Shown piece by piece: positions 1 to 10,013 of a stretch of 64,000 bases of DNA (position 1 is the first letter of the stretch; every line of letters starts with the position of its first letter). The stretch covers positions 169,374 through 233,373 of the forward strand of contig DATION010000002.1 in NCBI GenBank assembly GCA_035473115.1, given 5' to 3'. The stretch is from Candidatus Udaeobacter sp. (GTDB taxonomy: Bacteria; Patescibacteriota; Patescibacteriia; Magasanikbacterales; GWA2-37-8). The position numbers were made by a program, and so were the translations under genes. The notes beneath the pieces were generated by a model. That model saw nothing but the letters and a program-made list of their open reading frames with translations. It made no database searches and was not told the DNA's origin.

Positions 1-226
1 AATTGCTTTCCGCAAAGAAGCTGTGCAAAAAGCAATACAAAATAGCCAAGGAAATGGCTGGATAGCGATCGATGAAGAAATTGAACTAGCCAAAAAAAAT
101 ATAAAAAAAACAGAGAACCTTGAAGTCTCGTTTAATAGCGCCTTATCTATAGCCGGCCTAAAACTGGCTTTGCAAAATAATTGGAAATTTAATGGATCAG
201 TAGTCTGTATATTAACAGGGCTTTAA
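1..226 (+). CDS. C-terminal fragment of a PLP-dependent fold-type II enzyme (threonine synthase-like), truncated by window edge
   Basis: Ends ...SALSIAGLK...VVCILTG, the typical ThrC/PALP C-terminus. Confidence 0.6.
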   Translation, partial: IAFRKEAVQKAIQNSQGNGWIAIDEEIELAKKNIKKTENLEVSFNSALSIAGLKLALQNNWKFNGSVVCILTGL

Positions 227-313
227 TACTAACAGAACAGCTTGCAAAAGAGAACTGCTAGCACAGACATAATCTCTGCTCTCTTTTGCGTTCTTACAGC
301 TTGCCGGTACAAG

Positions 314-640
314 TTATTGCACATAGAGAGTTACAGCCCTTTGCTCGCCATCTCCACCACACAAACAGAGACAAGTTAGGTAATAGCTGGATGTAACCGT
401 CGGGTTGACGAACATATAGCCAACCGCCGGCAAGGTTTCTTTCTGCGACAGTCCTTGGCAGATCACATAGGTGCCGAACCTGCTTGCATCCCACTCGATT
501 AAGGCTCTATCTCCTTTCTTTATGGTACTTGGCTTGACAGTTAGAGAAATTGTGTCAGTTGGATCATTTCCCTTGTCGTCATCAACGACGCAAGAAGATA
601 CTGCCAGACCAACTAGAACACAAAAAAGTAATCTTTGCAT
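314..640 (-). CDS. Orphan lipoprotein (SD-led class)
   Basis: Lipobox-type signal LAVSS-C; AGAGGAG SD; TTGCCA-18-TATTCT promoter at 661-690; small beta-rich domain. Confidence 0.7.
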   Translation of the reverse strand: MQRLLFCVLVGLAVSSCVVDDDKGNDPTDTISLTVKPSTIKKGDRALIEWDASRFGTYVICQGLSQKETLPAVGYMFVNPTVTSSYYLTCLCLCGGDGEQRAVTLYVQ

Positions 641-837
641 GGTTGTTCTCCTCTTGGTTTAGAATACCCTAGAGAATAGTTATTTGGCAAGTCATTAAAC
701 GATCTTTCATTTTCCTACTTGTAAGAGGTAAGAATATAAATGGATCGTGCGAGCTTCCGAGAGCTCGCACCTGGAGCTCGGACTGCATAGCCTTGCTTCG
801 CCATTGGCGAATCAGGCACATGCCGTGTCCAAGCTGA

Positions 838-1521
838 CTACTGGGGCGTTCCTCCAGTCTTCGGAGCGACTGAGAAAGGAAAGAGGAGCCTTGAGGTTTT
901 GTTACCGGAACCGCCGATGGTCACGGCCGTTCCGGTGTCGTTTTTCCTTCCAGTGAAGAGATCGGTTTCCGTAACCACATGGACAGTCAGACGGCGATCA
1001 GTCGCTGCGAGCTGAGCTGCCAACTTGGTGTTGGCGTACCTCAGACCAGCGATGTCTGCAGTCGTTTTCTCCGCGCCGGCCTTTAGCTCGGCGACGTCTG
1101 CTGTTGCCTGGTCGGCGCTTGCCTTCACCTCGGCGACGTCTGCTGTTGCCTGCTCAGCCGCGGCTTGAGCCTTGGCAGCATCGGCGACACCTTGGTCAGC
1201 GATCACTTTGGCGGCCGCGGCATCGGCGACGCCTTGGTTGGCCGTGGTTTGGGCGGCCGCGGCGGCAGTGGTAGCGGCCGCGGCGTTCGCGGTAGCCTTG
1301 GCAGCTTCGGCCTTGGCATTGCTGGCCATCGTCTGAGCTTCAACGATTTGCGCATTGAGCCCATTGTACGCCGTTGCAGCGATCAAGATGAGAATAGCCG
1401 CTCCGGCGACAACACCTGCGATCCAGACGATGACCTTCTTGTGATCGGAGGAGCCTCGAACCTCCATGGTCTGCGACGGATCCGGGCTGGACGAGAGATT
1501 CGGGTCAGGGTTTGGCGACAT
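838..1521 (-). CDS. Orphan membrane-anchored Ala-rich coiled-coil protein (SD-led class, high GC)
   Basis: ATG at 1521 preceded by GAAGGAG; one TM helix then ADQGVADAA/ADQATADVAE repeats. Confidence 0.7.
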   Translation of the reverse strand: MSPNPDPNLSSSPDPSQTMEVRGSSDHKKVIVWIAGVVAGAAILILIAATAYNGLNAQIVEAQTMASNAKAEAAKATANAAAATTAAAAAQTTANQGVADAAAAKVIADQGVADAAKAQAAAEQATADVAEVKASADQATADVAELKAGAEKTTADIAGLRYANTKLAAQLAATDRRLTVHVVTETDLFTGRKNDTGTAVTIGGSGNKTSRLLFPFSVAPKTGGTPQ

Positions 1522-1663
1522 GGCTGGTAGCTCCTTCTTCAAAATGTTGTGATTTTGCCTGGGTCAACATGACTCAAGCAGTTGCGTTTTCATTTGAATC
1601 ACCACCGATAACCAGTGGTGATTCCAATTAAAAAGGCAACCAAAACATCTTTTATAACTTTAA

Positions 1664-1692
1664 AGTATACCACAAATTTAACCTTTTGTCAA
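1664..1692 (-). promoter_or_regulatory. sigma70 promoter TTGACA-17-TATACT with extended -10 TG
   Basis: Near-consensus hexamers with 17-nt spacer upstream of the 838-1521 gene. Confidence 0.75.
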
Positions 1693-1745
1693 GATTAAAC
1701 CCAATTTTTTGGCTAATTTAAACTAAAAAGTAAGTCTTGTTAGAC

Positions 1746-4700
1746 TTACTTTTGTAATCTTAACCAATCCGTAATATCTTCTGGTTTTTGTTTAGCCAAT
1801 CTGATGACTTCGTTCTGACTATGCTTCTCTGTTGTTCCATCTCTATGTAAAGAAACTAGAACTTGGCCATCTTTGGTATCTTGAGAGGTAAACGTAGCAT
1901 CCTTATCATAAATCAATATATCTTTTCCTTCTTCAGGATCATAAACTCGAGCTGCATGACCACCTTTGGTTAGTATCGGTGCAACTTCTGTATTTACGTC
2001 TCTAGACAATACTAAATTCCAATCTTCGTCATTTTTACCAAGCATGGTATCACTAAAAGTTTTTAACCAATCAGATTTATGAAGTGTGAATTCTTTTTCC
2101 GCATTTAGCACATTCCCGATCATGCTTAGATTTTTACCGTCTAGTTGAAAGCTATTAATTTTATTTTGCAGAAAATCCATGGCATTAGCTCTTAAAATTA
2201 GGTTATTCTGTAATTGATCGGTAGCTGCTTCTAGCATTTTATTATATGTACCCAAAAATTCCTTTTTGTTACTCCCTTGAGTTTCCAAAAAGTTACTGAA
2301 CTTTGTTTGATAATCCGCTTCCGGATTTTCAGTAGCCGGAGCATTAGTTTTTTCTGCAACTGGTAAGTGCTCTGCAGTTGCTCTTGCTGTTTCTGGCTTT
2401 GCTTCAGGGTTCGGAATTTGATTATCGACAGCTGTAGTAGTTCTTGATTCGTTATCTTTATGTTCAATTACAGGGGATTTTTCTTCTGAAATTTTTTCTG
2501 CAGGAACTTCATTTACAGGTTGAGTGCTGGCTGGAGCTTGTTCAACTGCTGGCACTACCGAAGAAGCTTTGGCTGGAGGCAAATCATTTGTCCCATAAAC
2601 ATGCAGAGTTTTTTCTACATAAATCGGCTGTTCGTTTTCAGAAATTTGCGTTGCCGCACCATCAGCATTAGAATTTGATCTTGATCCAGCTTGCGCAGCG
2701 CTATATGGAGTTTCAATCTTGGAGATTTCGGCTGCTGCCTTCGGATTATGGTCACCGAATCTGCGTTCTATATCCCTTTCTAAAGCAGCTTTATGCTCAG
2801 CTTTTAGAGTATCAAATCTCTGTTTATCAGCTTCATAATCTTTATCTGTATAAATTGCGGCTTTCGGAGCTTTATTATTGTTTGGTATTGGTTCCCAATC
2901 TTTATCTGTAGCCTCTGTTTGTTCTTTGGAACTCATCTGGTCCACACTTACATAGCCGCTCTTCTTTTCACCGGCAATACCACTTAAAATAGGTTTTTTG
3001 TCTTCTGCTCCAAAGTACATTACTTTGCCATGAACATGATTATCAACAGCTGCTTTATCACCTTTGGCATCGGCTTCTAGTCGGTTATAAGCTAAATTTG
3101 TAGTTTCTGCTCCCTGCTCAGCATAAAACAAACCTTTTTGATTTTCTACAGAACTATTATAATCTTTAACAAAATTATCATAATCTAATTTTCCGTTATG
3201 AATGTACTTCTCCGGTAAATGGGTTAAATGCTGAAAGCTAAAATGCTGATCTTTTAAATACTGAATAGCTAAAGCTTCGCCACCTTCTTGTTTCAATAGT
3301 TCTTCAAAAATAACCTGGCGGCGTTCTCCTCCACTGGCATCTAAAGTTTCAATTTTTCCGATAAACTTATGATGGGAATGAACACCGGCGCCAACTTCAC
3401 TGGCTTTTAAAATATTTTTTATTGATTCTTCGTTATTTAATGCTGGATAATCATGAACTAACTTTTGCACCGCATCGGCATATTCTTGACTAAGTTTATT
3501 CTCAACCGCAAAATGCTCTAAAGAAAAATTAGTTTTTACTTCAGGTGTTGAATCTCCAACAGTTTCTGTCTTATTAACAACCTCAGGAGCTTTTTCTGCC
3601 GCAGCATGATCCGGAGTAATGTTTACCGGCGATTGATCTGCTCTTGCCGGTGCTGTTGCTTCGGCTGCAGGTCGGGCAGTTTCTGATCCAGAGGCTTGGT
3701 TTGGTACTTCTCCAGATCGAGGCGCTGCTACTGGTGATTGCTCCGGAGCAGAGGTAACAGCCGATCGGGATTGTTCTGGAGCTACGGTTGCAACTGAACG
3801 ATCTGTAGGCGTAGTGATATTTGGATTTTCTCGGCCAGATAAATGACTACCTATTGGCTGAGTGTTCACTGTATTTCCTGACGGTAAACTTTCTACAGCT
3901 GTTCTTCCACCAACAACTGCAGCTCCACCTGCAGCTGCTCTAACTTCTGGTTTAGTTAAGTGTTCAGACGCAGAATTTTCTGGTTGCAAATTATCTGCAG
4001 AGTCTTTATGACCGGTAAGTATTTCTGAAGGATGAGTAATTAAATGACCGGCGTGCTGCCAACCTTGGACAATATGCTTTGCATTTTCAATAGGATCAAG
4101 ATTATAAATTATTGCACCAGCTCCTCGTTCTTTTAATTCATGCAAAAGTCTATCTATACTGTTTCCCGGTGCCTCAAAACCATGTAAAGCCATACCGGTA
4201 ATACCAAAAGCGCGGGCAACGGTGCCGGCTGCTTTGATAAATTCGATAGTTCTGCGTTTTGCTCCCAACTGTTCTTTACTAAATACTCCCAGTGTTATGC
4301 CATGAGCAGTTTCTGTAGCCGCAGCCACCAAAATATCTTTATAACTAAGTTCTTTCTCCGGCTCTCCGGCAACATCATTTTTAGTTTCCTGAGCATGTTT
4401 TCTTTTAGCTTTACTTATTCTTTCCGCCACAGCCACACCGGCATACATTACACCGCGCAACACAGACATACCCGTAGCTGTAAGAGCAAGATTGGCTACG
4501 TCTCTGGCAATTTTTATACCGGAAACTTTGCTCTGTACATAATTATCCAAAACTTTTTGTATCTCTTCTTCTCTTTCTTTTTTAACTTCATCTGCAGCTT
4601 CTCGGTGTTTTTGAGAAATTTCAAGCAGTTTATCAAGCAAAGCGGCTTTAGCTTCAGGAGTAATTCTGGAAGACTCGATTTTTTCTTTTAATTCACTGGA

Positions 4701-6953
4701 ACGTTTTTCAATTTCACCATCGTCATTTCCTTTGAGAGCTTCAGTAAGTGCGCTATACGCTTCAGCGATTATTTCTTTAGCTTTTTTTCCTCTCTGCCAT
4801 TCGGCCAAATCGCCTCCTTGTCCTAAGCCTACTTTGCCAGCACCCAAACGTACCACATCAGAAATAATTTTTACACCCAATACAGAAGTGACGGTGTTAT
4901 AACCGGTTTCCAAAGCAATTTTTCCCACTTCACGATTAAAAATAGCGTCTTTAAGCTTCTTGCCGCCTTCGGCTATTCTGGTAAACAAACCTTTTGGCAT
5001 TGGTCTTGCAACAAATTCCTCTAATTTAGCTTTATTAGCTTGGTCTAAAATATTTAACCCTTGGATAGCCTCGTCTAAATCACTTAAATCCTGAGCTGTG
5101 GCTCTATTGTCTGGGTCTGAATAAGTACTTAATCTTTGTTCAATCTCTATGGCTATCTGATTGGCTCTGCCTATGCTATCTGTAAACACTCTCCATTCTT
5201 TTATTTTAACTTTTTTTGGCCACTGTTCATTCTCACGCAAAGCATCTTCTAAAGCCATGAGTTCTTTTATAAAATCATTTCTTTTTAAAATCTCTTCAAA
5301 TCTACTATCAATTTCTGCTGCCGAAACTTCTTCATCTTCTCGGGGCTCATCCACCACAGGTTCTCTTTTTGTAAATTCAGTCAGCGTAGCTTTAATTTCT
5401 GCATTTAAATCATTCCATGATTGCATTTTCTCTTCAAAAGTTGCGTCATCATAAATTCTGGCGTTATCTGAAATTTCTGTTCTTATCTCTTGCGCTCTAT
5501 CTCGTTTAGCCCTAACATCATCCCACTCTTTTGTAGTAATTTGTTTTGGAGGCTCGCTAGTTAAACATGCATGCGCCAGATCTCTTATCTCCGTATTAAA
5601 GGTTTGATCTAAAACTCTTTCCATTCTCTTGTTATAAACATCAAAACTAACTCTTTTATTAATTTTTTTAAGATAATTTAAAATCTTTTCAATAACCGAA
5701 TTCAAATCGGCTAATTTTTTTTCAAAATCAGCATCACTGTCTGTTTTTAATTCATTAGCAATTGCCGCTGTTTTTACGTTTAGTTCATTTTCAATATATG
5801 TATTTATTTGTATCTGTTCTTCTCGTGTACATTTTGGTTTAAATACTACACCTACAAGATCACTGATTTCTTTGATTGCAGGATCTGTAGCTGCGACTTT
5901 TTTTAATCTTTGACCTTGTATTTCTTTAGTAATTTCTGTTTTCTTTTCTGGCTTAGGCTCTCTCTCTTTAATCTCTGTCAGCAAATCTATAATTCCCTTG
6001 CCTAAAAAATTCAATTTTGAAATTTCTTCTGTTAACTCTATATCTGTCACTGTATCTACTTTCGCTTCAATTTCCAACTTTAATTTCTCTAATTCGTCTC
6101 GTTTGGCCATAATAGGCACAATATCGGTTTGTGTGTACTTGCCTTTATGTTCCGGGTAAGCCAATTCGGCCATTGCTTTAATAATTGGCTGAATTAAAGT
6201 GGAATATTCATCATCTATCCGCTTTAGGCGCTGATCGTGAATTTTTTGCTGTTCAGCTTTTTCAGCAGCCGCTTTTAACTCTGCGACCTCATCTTCTCCG
6301 GCTTTTAAAAGCAGGCCTCTATTTTCGGTAAACTCAACATTTTCCGGATCAAGTTTATCATAAAACTTATCAAGTTCTGCCTGAGGTTTTTCTCCTCTTT
6401 TTTCCATTCCAACTAAATCTTCTAATTGTCCTAATTTTACTATAAAAGTTTGGTATGGTTCGGCAAACTTTGCGACATTTTTAAGATTTAATAATCTTTT
6501 TAGTTTTTCCAAATCTTTCTGATAATTAGCGCGATTACCCTGGGTCTTTTTAGCTAAATTATGTTTTTGCATGAACGCAAAAATATCCTCTACCCTTTTT
6601 TTGGCATGAAGATAGTCAATATTAGCCGCTTCAAGCTGCAGAACTTCCGGCTCCGGCGGTTTTTCCATCTCTGCTTTTACCTTTAAAATATCTGCATCTA
6701 TTTTTTTGCGTTTTTTGTCATTATTAGAACCTTTACCATTCAGGTCTTTAATATTTCCAAGTACAGTACCAATTTCTTTTAATAATTTTGCTCTTTTCGG
6801 ATCTTCTGGGTGCAATCGTTCAATTTCAGCTTTTATACCTAAAGCTGCTTTTTGTTGCTCGGCAAAAAATCCTTCCTCTACTTTTACTTTGGTTTCCTTA
6901 TTAAATTCTTTCTCTCGAGGATCTTCTCTGTCCTCGCGTTCAGTTTTAGCCAT
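1746..6953 (-). CDS. Giant hypothetical protein (1735 aa): helical repeats, hydrophobic Gly-rich core, low-complexity linkers
   Basis: Long uninterrupted ORF with native codon style; no recognisable catalytic motif. Confidence 0.85.
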   Translation of the reverse strand: MAKTEREDREDPREKEFNKETKVKVEEGFFAEQQKAALGIKAEIERLHPEDPKRAKLLKEIGTVLGNIKDLNGKGSNNDKKRKKIDADILKVKAEMEKPPEPEVLQLEAANIDYLHAKKRVEDIFAFMQKHNLAKKTQGNRANYQKDLEKLKRLLNLKNVAKFAEPYQTFIVKLGQLEDLVGMEKRGEKPQAELDKFYDKLDPENVEFTENRGLLLKAGEDEVAELKAAAEKAEQQKIHDQRLKRIDDEYSTLIQPIIKAMAELAYPEHKGKYTQTDIVPIMAKRDELEKLKLEIEAKVDTVTDIELTEEISKLNFLGKGIIDLLTEIKEREPKPEKKTEITKEIQGQRLKKVAATDPAIKEISDLVGVVFKPKCTREEQIQINTYIENELNVKTAAIANELKTDSDADFEKKLADLNSVIEKILNYLKKINKRVSFDVYNKRMERVLDQTFNTEIRDLAHACLTSEPPKQITTKEWDDVRAKRDRAQEIRTEISDNARIYDDATFEEKMQSWNDLNAEIKATLTEFTKREPVVDEPREDEEVSAAEIDSRFEEILKRNDFIKELMALEDALRENEQWPKKVKIKEWRVFTDSIGRANQIAIEIEQRLSTYSDPDNRATAQDLSDLDEAIQGLNILDQANKAKLEEFVARPMPKGLFTRIAEGGKKLKDAIFNREVGKIALETGYNTVTSVLGVKIISDVVRLGAGKVGLGQGGDLAEWQRGKKAKEIIAEAYSALTEALKGNDDGEIEKRSSELKEKIESSRITPEAKAALLDKLLEISQKHREAADEVKKEREEEIQKVLDNYVQSKVSGIKIARDVANLALTATGMSVLRGVMYAGVAVAERISKAKRKHAQETKNDVAGEPEKELSYKDILVAAATETAHGITLGVFSKEQLGAKRRTIEFIKAAGTVARAFGITGMALHGFEAPGNSIDRLLHELKERGAGAIIYNLDPIENAKHIVQGWQHAGHLITHPSEILTGHKDSADNLQPENSASEHLTKPEVRAAAGGAAVVGGRTAVESLPSGNTVNTQPIGSHLSGRENPNITTPTDRSVATVAPEQSRSAVTSAPEQSPVAAPRSGEVPNQASGSETARPAAEATAPARADQSPVNITPDHAAAEKAPEVVNKTETVGDSTPEVKTNFSLEHFAVENKLSQEYADAVQKLVHDYPALNNEESIKNILKASEVGAGVHSHHKFIGKIETLDASGGERRQVIFEELLKQEGGEALAIQYLKDQHFSFQHLTHLPEKYIHNGKLDYDNFVKDYNSSVENQKGLFYAEQGAETTNLAYNRLEADAKGDKAAVDNHVHGKVMYFGAEDKKPILSGIAGEKKSGYVSVDQMSSKEQTEATDKDWEPIPNNNKAPKAAIYTDKDYEADKQRFDTLKAEHKAALERDIERRFGDHNPKAAAEISKIETPYSAAQAGSRSNSNADGAATQISENEQPIYVEKTLHVYGTNDLPPAKASSVVPAVEQAPASTQPVNEVPAEKISEEKSPVIEHKDNESRTTTAVDNQIPNPEAKPETARATAEHLPVAEKTNAPATENPEADYQTKFSNFLETQGSNKKEFLGTYNKMLEAATDQLQNNLILRANAMDFLQNKINSFQLDGKNLSMIGNVLNAEKEFTLHKSDWLKTFSDTMLGKNDEDWNLVLSRDVNTEVAPILTKGGHAARVYDPEEGKDILIYDKDATFTSQDTKDGQVLVSLHRDGTTEKHSQNEVIRLAKQKPEDITDWLRLQK

Positions 6954-6964
6954 AATAAAAAAAA

Positions 6965-7246
6965 TTAAGCAATGGAATCAAGTTCCTTAATTGCGTCTTC
7001 ATTTATTTGATCTATTTTTTCCTGGTACTTTTGATCTATATTTTTTAGATCATCAGCCAACTGTTTATCCGCGCTTTTGGTGGCAGCCTGCAAATAACTT
7101 GTTTCCAAAATATTAGTTAGGTCTTCCAGTTGCGCTTCGGTCATTTCGGGCAGCAAAGCAAGCAGAGCCTCTCGCTCCTGTGCAGACATATCTAGAGAAG
7201 CAATCAAGAAACCAAGTTTTTTGCCTTTCTCTTCTGCCGATGACAT
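6965..7246 (-). CDS. Small helical hypothetical protein
   Basis: 93-aa ORF co-oriented and closely spaced with neighbours. Confidence 0.75.
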   Translation of the reverse strand: MSSAEEKGKKLGFLIASLDMSAQEREALLALLPEMTEAQLEDLTNILETSYLQAATKSADKQLADDLKNIDQKYQEKIDQINEDAIKELDSIA

Positions 7247-7273
7247 ATTACAAATAATTAAATTAATAAAGGC

Positions 7274-8320
7274 TTATTTTGTTTGCAGAACTTTGAGTGT
7301 TAATTCCAATCGCTTGCCGTTTCGTAAAACTTTCGCATTAACTGTCTGATTTCCATCAATAGTATACCATAAATTATCCGCCGAAACAATTCGGCCGTTG
7401 ATTTCCAAAACCACATCTCCGCGGCGCAACAAACTGGCTGCAGACCAAACATCAGAGACCATAAAACCTTGAACTTTTGTTTTTTCCGAAACAATAGTTT
7501 GTTCATCGCCAAACCAACCATCCACCCCAAGCGATGGATAGGAAATTGTTTGCAGACTTAAAATCTTTGGCAGAACCCTGGTTATATAAGAACTTGGCAA
7601 TAATAAGTTTTTTTCTGTTATAAAACCAACTACTCGTCCTTGGCTATTAATCGCCACTTCTCCGGCATTAAATGAGCCGTTTAAGGAATAAAATGATACT
7701 GGGGCAGAATCCAAATGCGGAATTTGATAACTTAAAAAAGGATACAGCACGGATCCGTGATACCAAAATGAGTTATGAAAAGTAAATATATCATCCAAAG
7801 AAGCGCTATCATCATTAAAGCTAATTACTTTAAATTGATCATCTTTTTTTATCTTTAAATAAAGCATTCCGGAATATTTATCCAACAAACCTTTTTCCGG
7901 CTGCCAGACTCTGTCGTCGCTGGTAATTACATACAAGCTTTTTAAGTTTCCGTCATAATTAGGCTGATACACAGCCAGCCAGCCGTCTGAACTTAAAATA
8001 ATTCCGTCGCCTATTTTTTTATTCAAATAACCTGCGCCGCTTAAACTGGATAGTCCTTTATAAATATTTACCATGCGCAAAGAGGCTTCCTCACGAACTC
8101 TGTCTTCCAACTGAGCCCTAGTTAAACCCGGATGGGCGGAAGAAGTTATCCAAGCATCACCCTCGGCAAATTTAGGCCATACCCATCCGACCATCATGGC
8201 CGCTCCGCTCATACCGACAACTAAGCCAAACACAACAATAGCGGCCAACCATTTTAAGCGCTGCCATAAAACTTTATTTTCAAAGCTAAATGTTTTTTTA
8301 GGTAGATGAGGAGGATGCAT
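7274..8320 (-). CDS. HtrA/DegP-like protein with N-terminal TM and C-terminal PDZ; catalytic motifs degenerate
   Basis: GIILSSDGW, INSQGRVVG, LRRGDVVLEINGR PDZ motif; lacks TNxH and GNSGG. Confidence 0.75.
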   Translation of the reverse strand: MHPPHLPKKTFSFENKVLWQRLKWLAAIVVFGLVVGMSGAAMMVGWVWPKFAEGDAWITSSAHPGLTRAQLEDRVREEASLRMVNIYKGLSSLSGAGYLNKKIGDGIILSSDGWLAVYQPNYDGNLKSLYVITSDDRVWQPEKGLLDKYSGMLYLKIKKDDQFKVISFNDDSASLDDIFTFHNSFWYHGSVLYPFLSYQIPHLDSAPVSFYSLNGSFNAGEVAINSQGRVVGFITEKNLLLPSSYITRVLPKILSLQTISYPSLGVDGWFGDEQTIVSEKTKVQGFMVSDVWSAASLLRRGDVVLEINGRIVSADNLWYTIDGNQTVNAKVLRNGKRLELTLKVLQTK

Positions 8321-8356
8321 AATTAAAATATATTATTATAACTACTAAGGCTTCAC

Positions 8357-9148
8357 TTATTTCCAGCGAACTATAAAAATTAAAAATAGAAAAAATAAAA
8401 TCCCGTTAGACCACAAAAACCAATTTTGCTTGCGCCAATTTATACCTTCAGCGGTTAAGTTAAATCTAACCAAAAGCCAAAATATATACCAAAGCCAAAT
8501 TAAAATTAAACCGCCAACCAAATAACCTAACGGCAAAAGCTCTATTACCCAAAGCAGTTCTAAAATCATTAAAAACCAGCATCCAACCCATATCCAAAAA
8601 CGCTTATTTATGGCAACACCATATTCCAGCCATGACCAACCGGCCACAAACGCGGAAAATAGCGACGCTAGTCCAAACCAAACCCAAGAACTGATACTGG
8701 GAACAATTTGAAAAGAAATTATTGCTCCGCTACCTTCAAAGATTCCAGCTAAACCGATAACTGACATAATGAAGCGCCAGCGGAGATGTGGTTTTAAAAA
8801 TGTTGTTAAGCTGACACTTGATGATGGCAATAACCAAAAACTGAAAAAAGAAAAGAAACAAAATAAAGCGCTAAATAGATACCAAGCCAAATTCCATTCA
8901 ATAAATAAAAGAAAAGACAGTGAGCCAACTGTCATGATAACCAAAGACAGTAAATGTTTCCAACGGCTCATTTCGGCCGAATAATATACTAACCAGATTA
9001 AAATTGCCCAAATTATGATTTTTAATAGAAACCAAACACCGACTAACCACCAGGAATGGATATTTCTGAGCCACAAAATCATTATGATATTTATAAATAA
9101 ATCCAAAAAAGCGGCGAATTTTGGATGAAAAGATAAGGACTTGAACAT
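8357..9148 (-). CDS. Multi-pass membrane protein
   Basis: About 8-9 hydrophobic helices. Confidence 0.75.
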   Translation of the reverse strand: MFKSLSFHPKFAAFLDLFINIIMILWLRNIHSWWLVGVWFLLKIIIWAILIWLVYYSAEMSRWKHLLSLVIMTVGSLSFLLFIEWNLAWYLFSALFCFFSFFSFWLLPSSSVSLTTFLKPHLRWRFIMSVIGLAGIFEGSGAIISFQIVPSISSWVWFGLASLFSAFVAGWSWLEYGVAINKRFWIWVGCWFLMILELLWVIELLPLGYLVGGLILIWLWYIFWLLVRFNLTAEGINWRKQNWFLWSNGILFFLFLIFIVRWK

Positions 9149-9158
9149 ATATGTTTAC

Positions 9159-9195
9159 TGTCATCCCGAGCGAGGTCTTAACCGACGAGGGATCT
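9159..9195 (+). repeat. TGTCATCCCGAG...GGATCT REP-like palindromic repeat, single arm (family A)
   Basis: Matches copies at 11612, 23076, 34247, 35585 and 37320. Confidence 0.8.
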
Positions 9196-9347
9196 ACACA
9201 TTTTAGATAATAATAGCTTATTTTTTAACAAAAAGCAAACCGCCTAAAAATAACAGTGCCTTCGGGTTGTGAAGCCGAAGGCGGAACGAACACAAGCAGC
9301 CGTGGACTGTGGCGAACGCTGTGCGGGAGCAGTGATTGATGGAGTTA

Positions 9348-10013
9348 CTAGAAGACCTGCGGCCTTCTGCTTCCTTGCCGATAAATACAAGCTCGCGGTT
9401 CCCATTCCTCTAGCTGTTCTATCGGGAAGAACATCTCGCAGTTGCCTTTTTGGTGAAGCACGATCACATCATCAACATCTGTCATTGCTGAATCCAGAAT
9501 AACATTCACTCTCGGCAACCTACCTTCGGCTGCCTGAGATTCAGTACCTGCAAACAAACGCACCTTATCACAGTACAAGCTTTCGCTTGGTCGCCTGCAC
9601 TCACCCGGCTTGAAAGCAATAGTTACGTCAAAGGTAACTTCTGCATCCTCAGGAGCTTGGAAATAGAACATGTTACGGTTACCATCAACCGTATTCAGGT
9701 AGACAAAATCTACGCTAAAGCCACCGTTTACGTTGATGACACTGGCTCCGACCCTGGGCCAACCTCCCGAAGGTGGGTTTACCACTTCTAGGTGGTACAC
9801 CTTCATGATTTCTGGCGGGGTTCCCGCATCTGCTGGCACTCCCGTATCCTCCACACTGGCACCTGCCGGCACTGCGGCATCCCTCATCTGGATGTCTGGT
9901 AACACTTGCGTTTCATTATCCTTGCCTTTACACCCGTCTGCCATGATCAACGCAATGATCACAGCCGCAACGATAATGAGCGACTTCCTTGAGAGGTTCT
10001 GCAGCATGCGCAT
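9348..10013 (-). CDS. Orphan lipoprotein with DAG-type Pro/Asp/Ala linker (SD-led class)
   Basis: AAAGGAG SD; signal ending IMADG-C; DAAVP...DTGVPADAGTPP; promoter TTGACA-17-TACTTT at 10080-10108. Confidence 0.7.
   Translation of the reverse strand: MRMLQNLSRKSLIIVAAVIIALIMADGCKGKDNETQVLPDIQMRDAAVPAGASVEDTGVPADAGTPPEIMKVYHLEVVNPPSGGWPRVGASVINVNGGFSVDFVYLNTVDGNRNMFYFQAPEDAEVTFDVTIAFKPGECRRPSESLYCDKVRLFAGTESQAAEGRLPRVNVILDSAMTDVDDVIVLHQKGNCEMFFPIEQLEEWEPRACIYRQGSRRPQVF

Noticed and set aside
1040-1260. Tandem near-repeats (TCGGCGACGTCTGCTGTTGCCTG and similar) as a CRISPR array
   Set aside because: They are in-frame coding repeats of the Ala-rich coiled coil, with no unique spacers and no cas genes.
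838-1521. High-GC orphans as assembly chimeras or prophage/IS cargo
   Set aside because: They recur with consistent native-style promoters and terminators at gene boundaries, and no mobility genes or terminal repeats are visible; read mapping is still needed to exclude chimerism fully.
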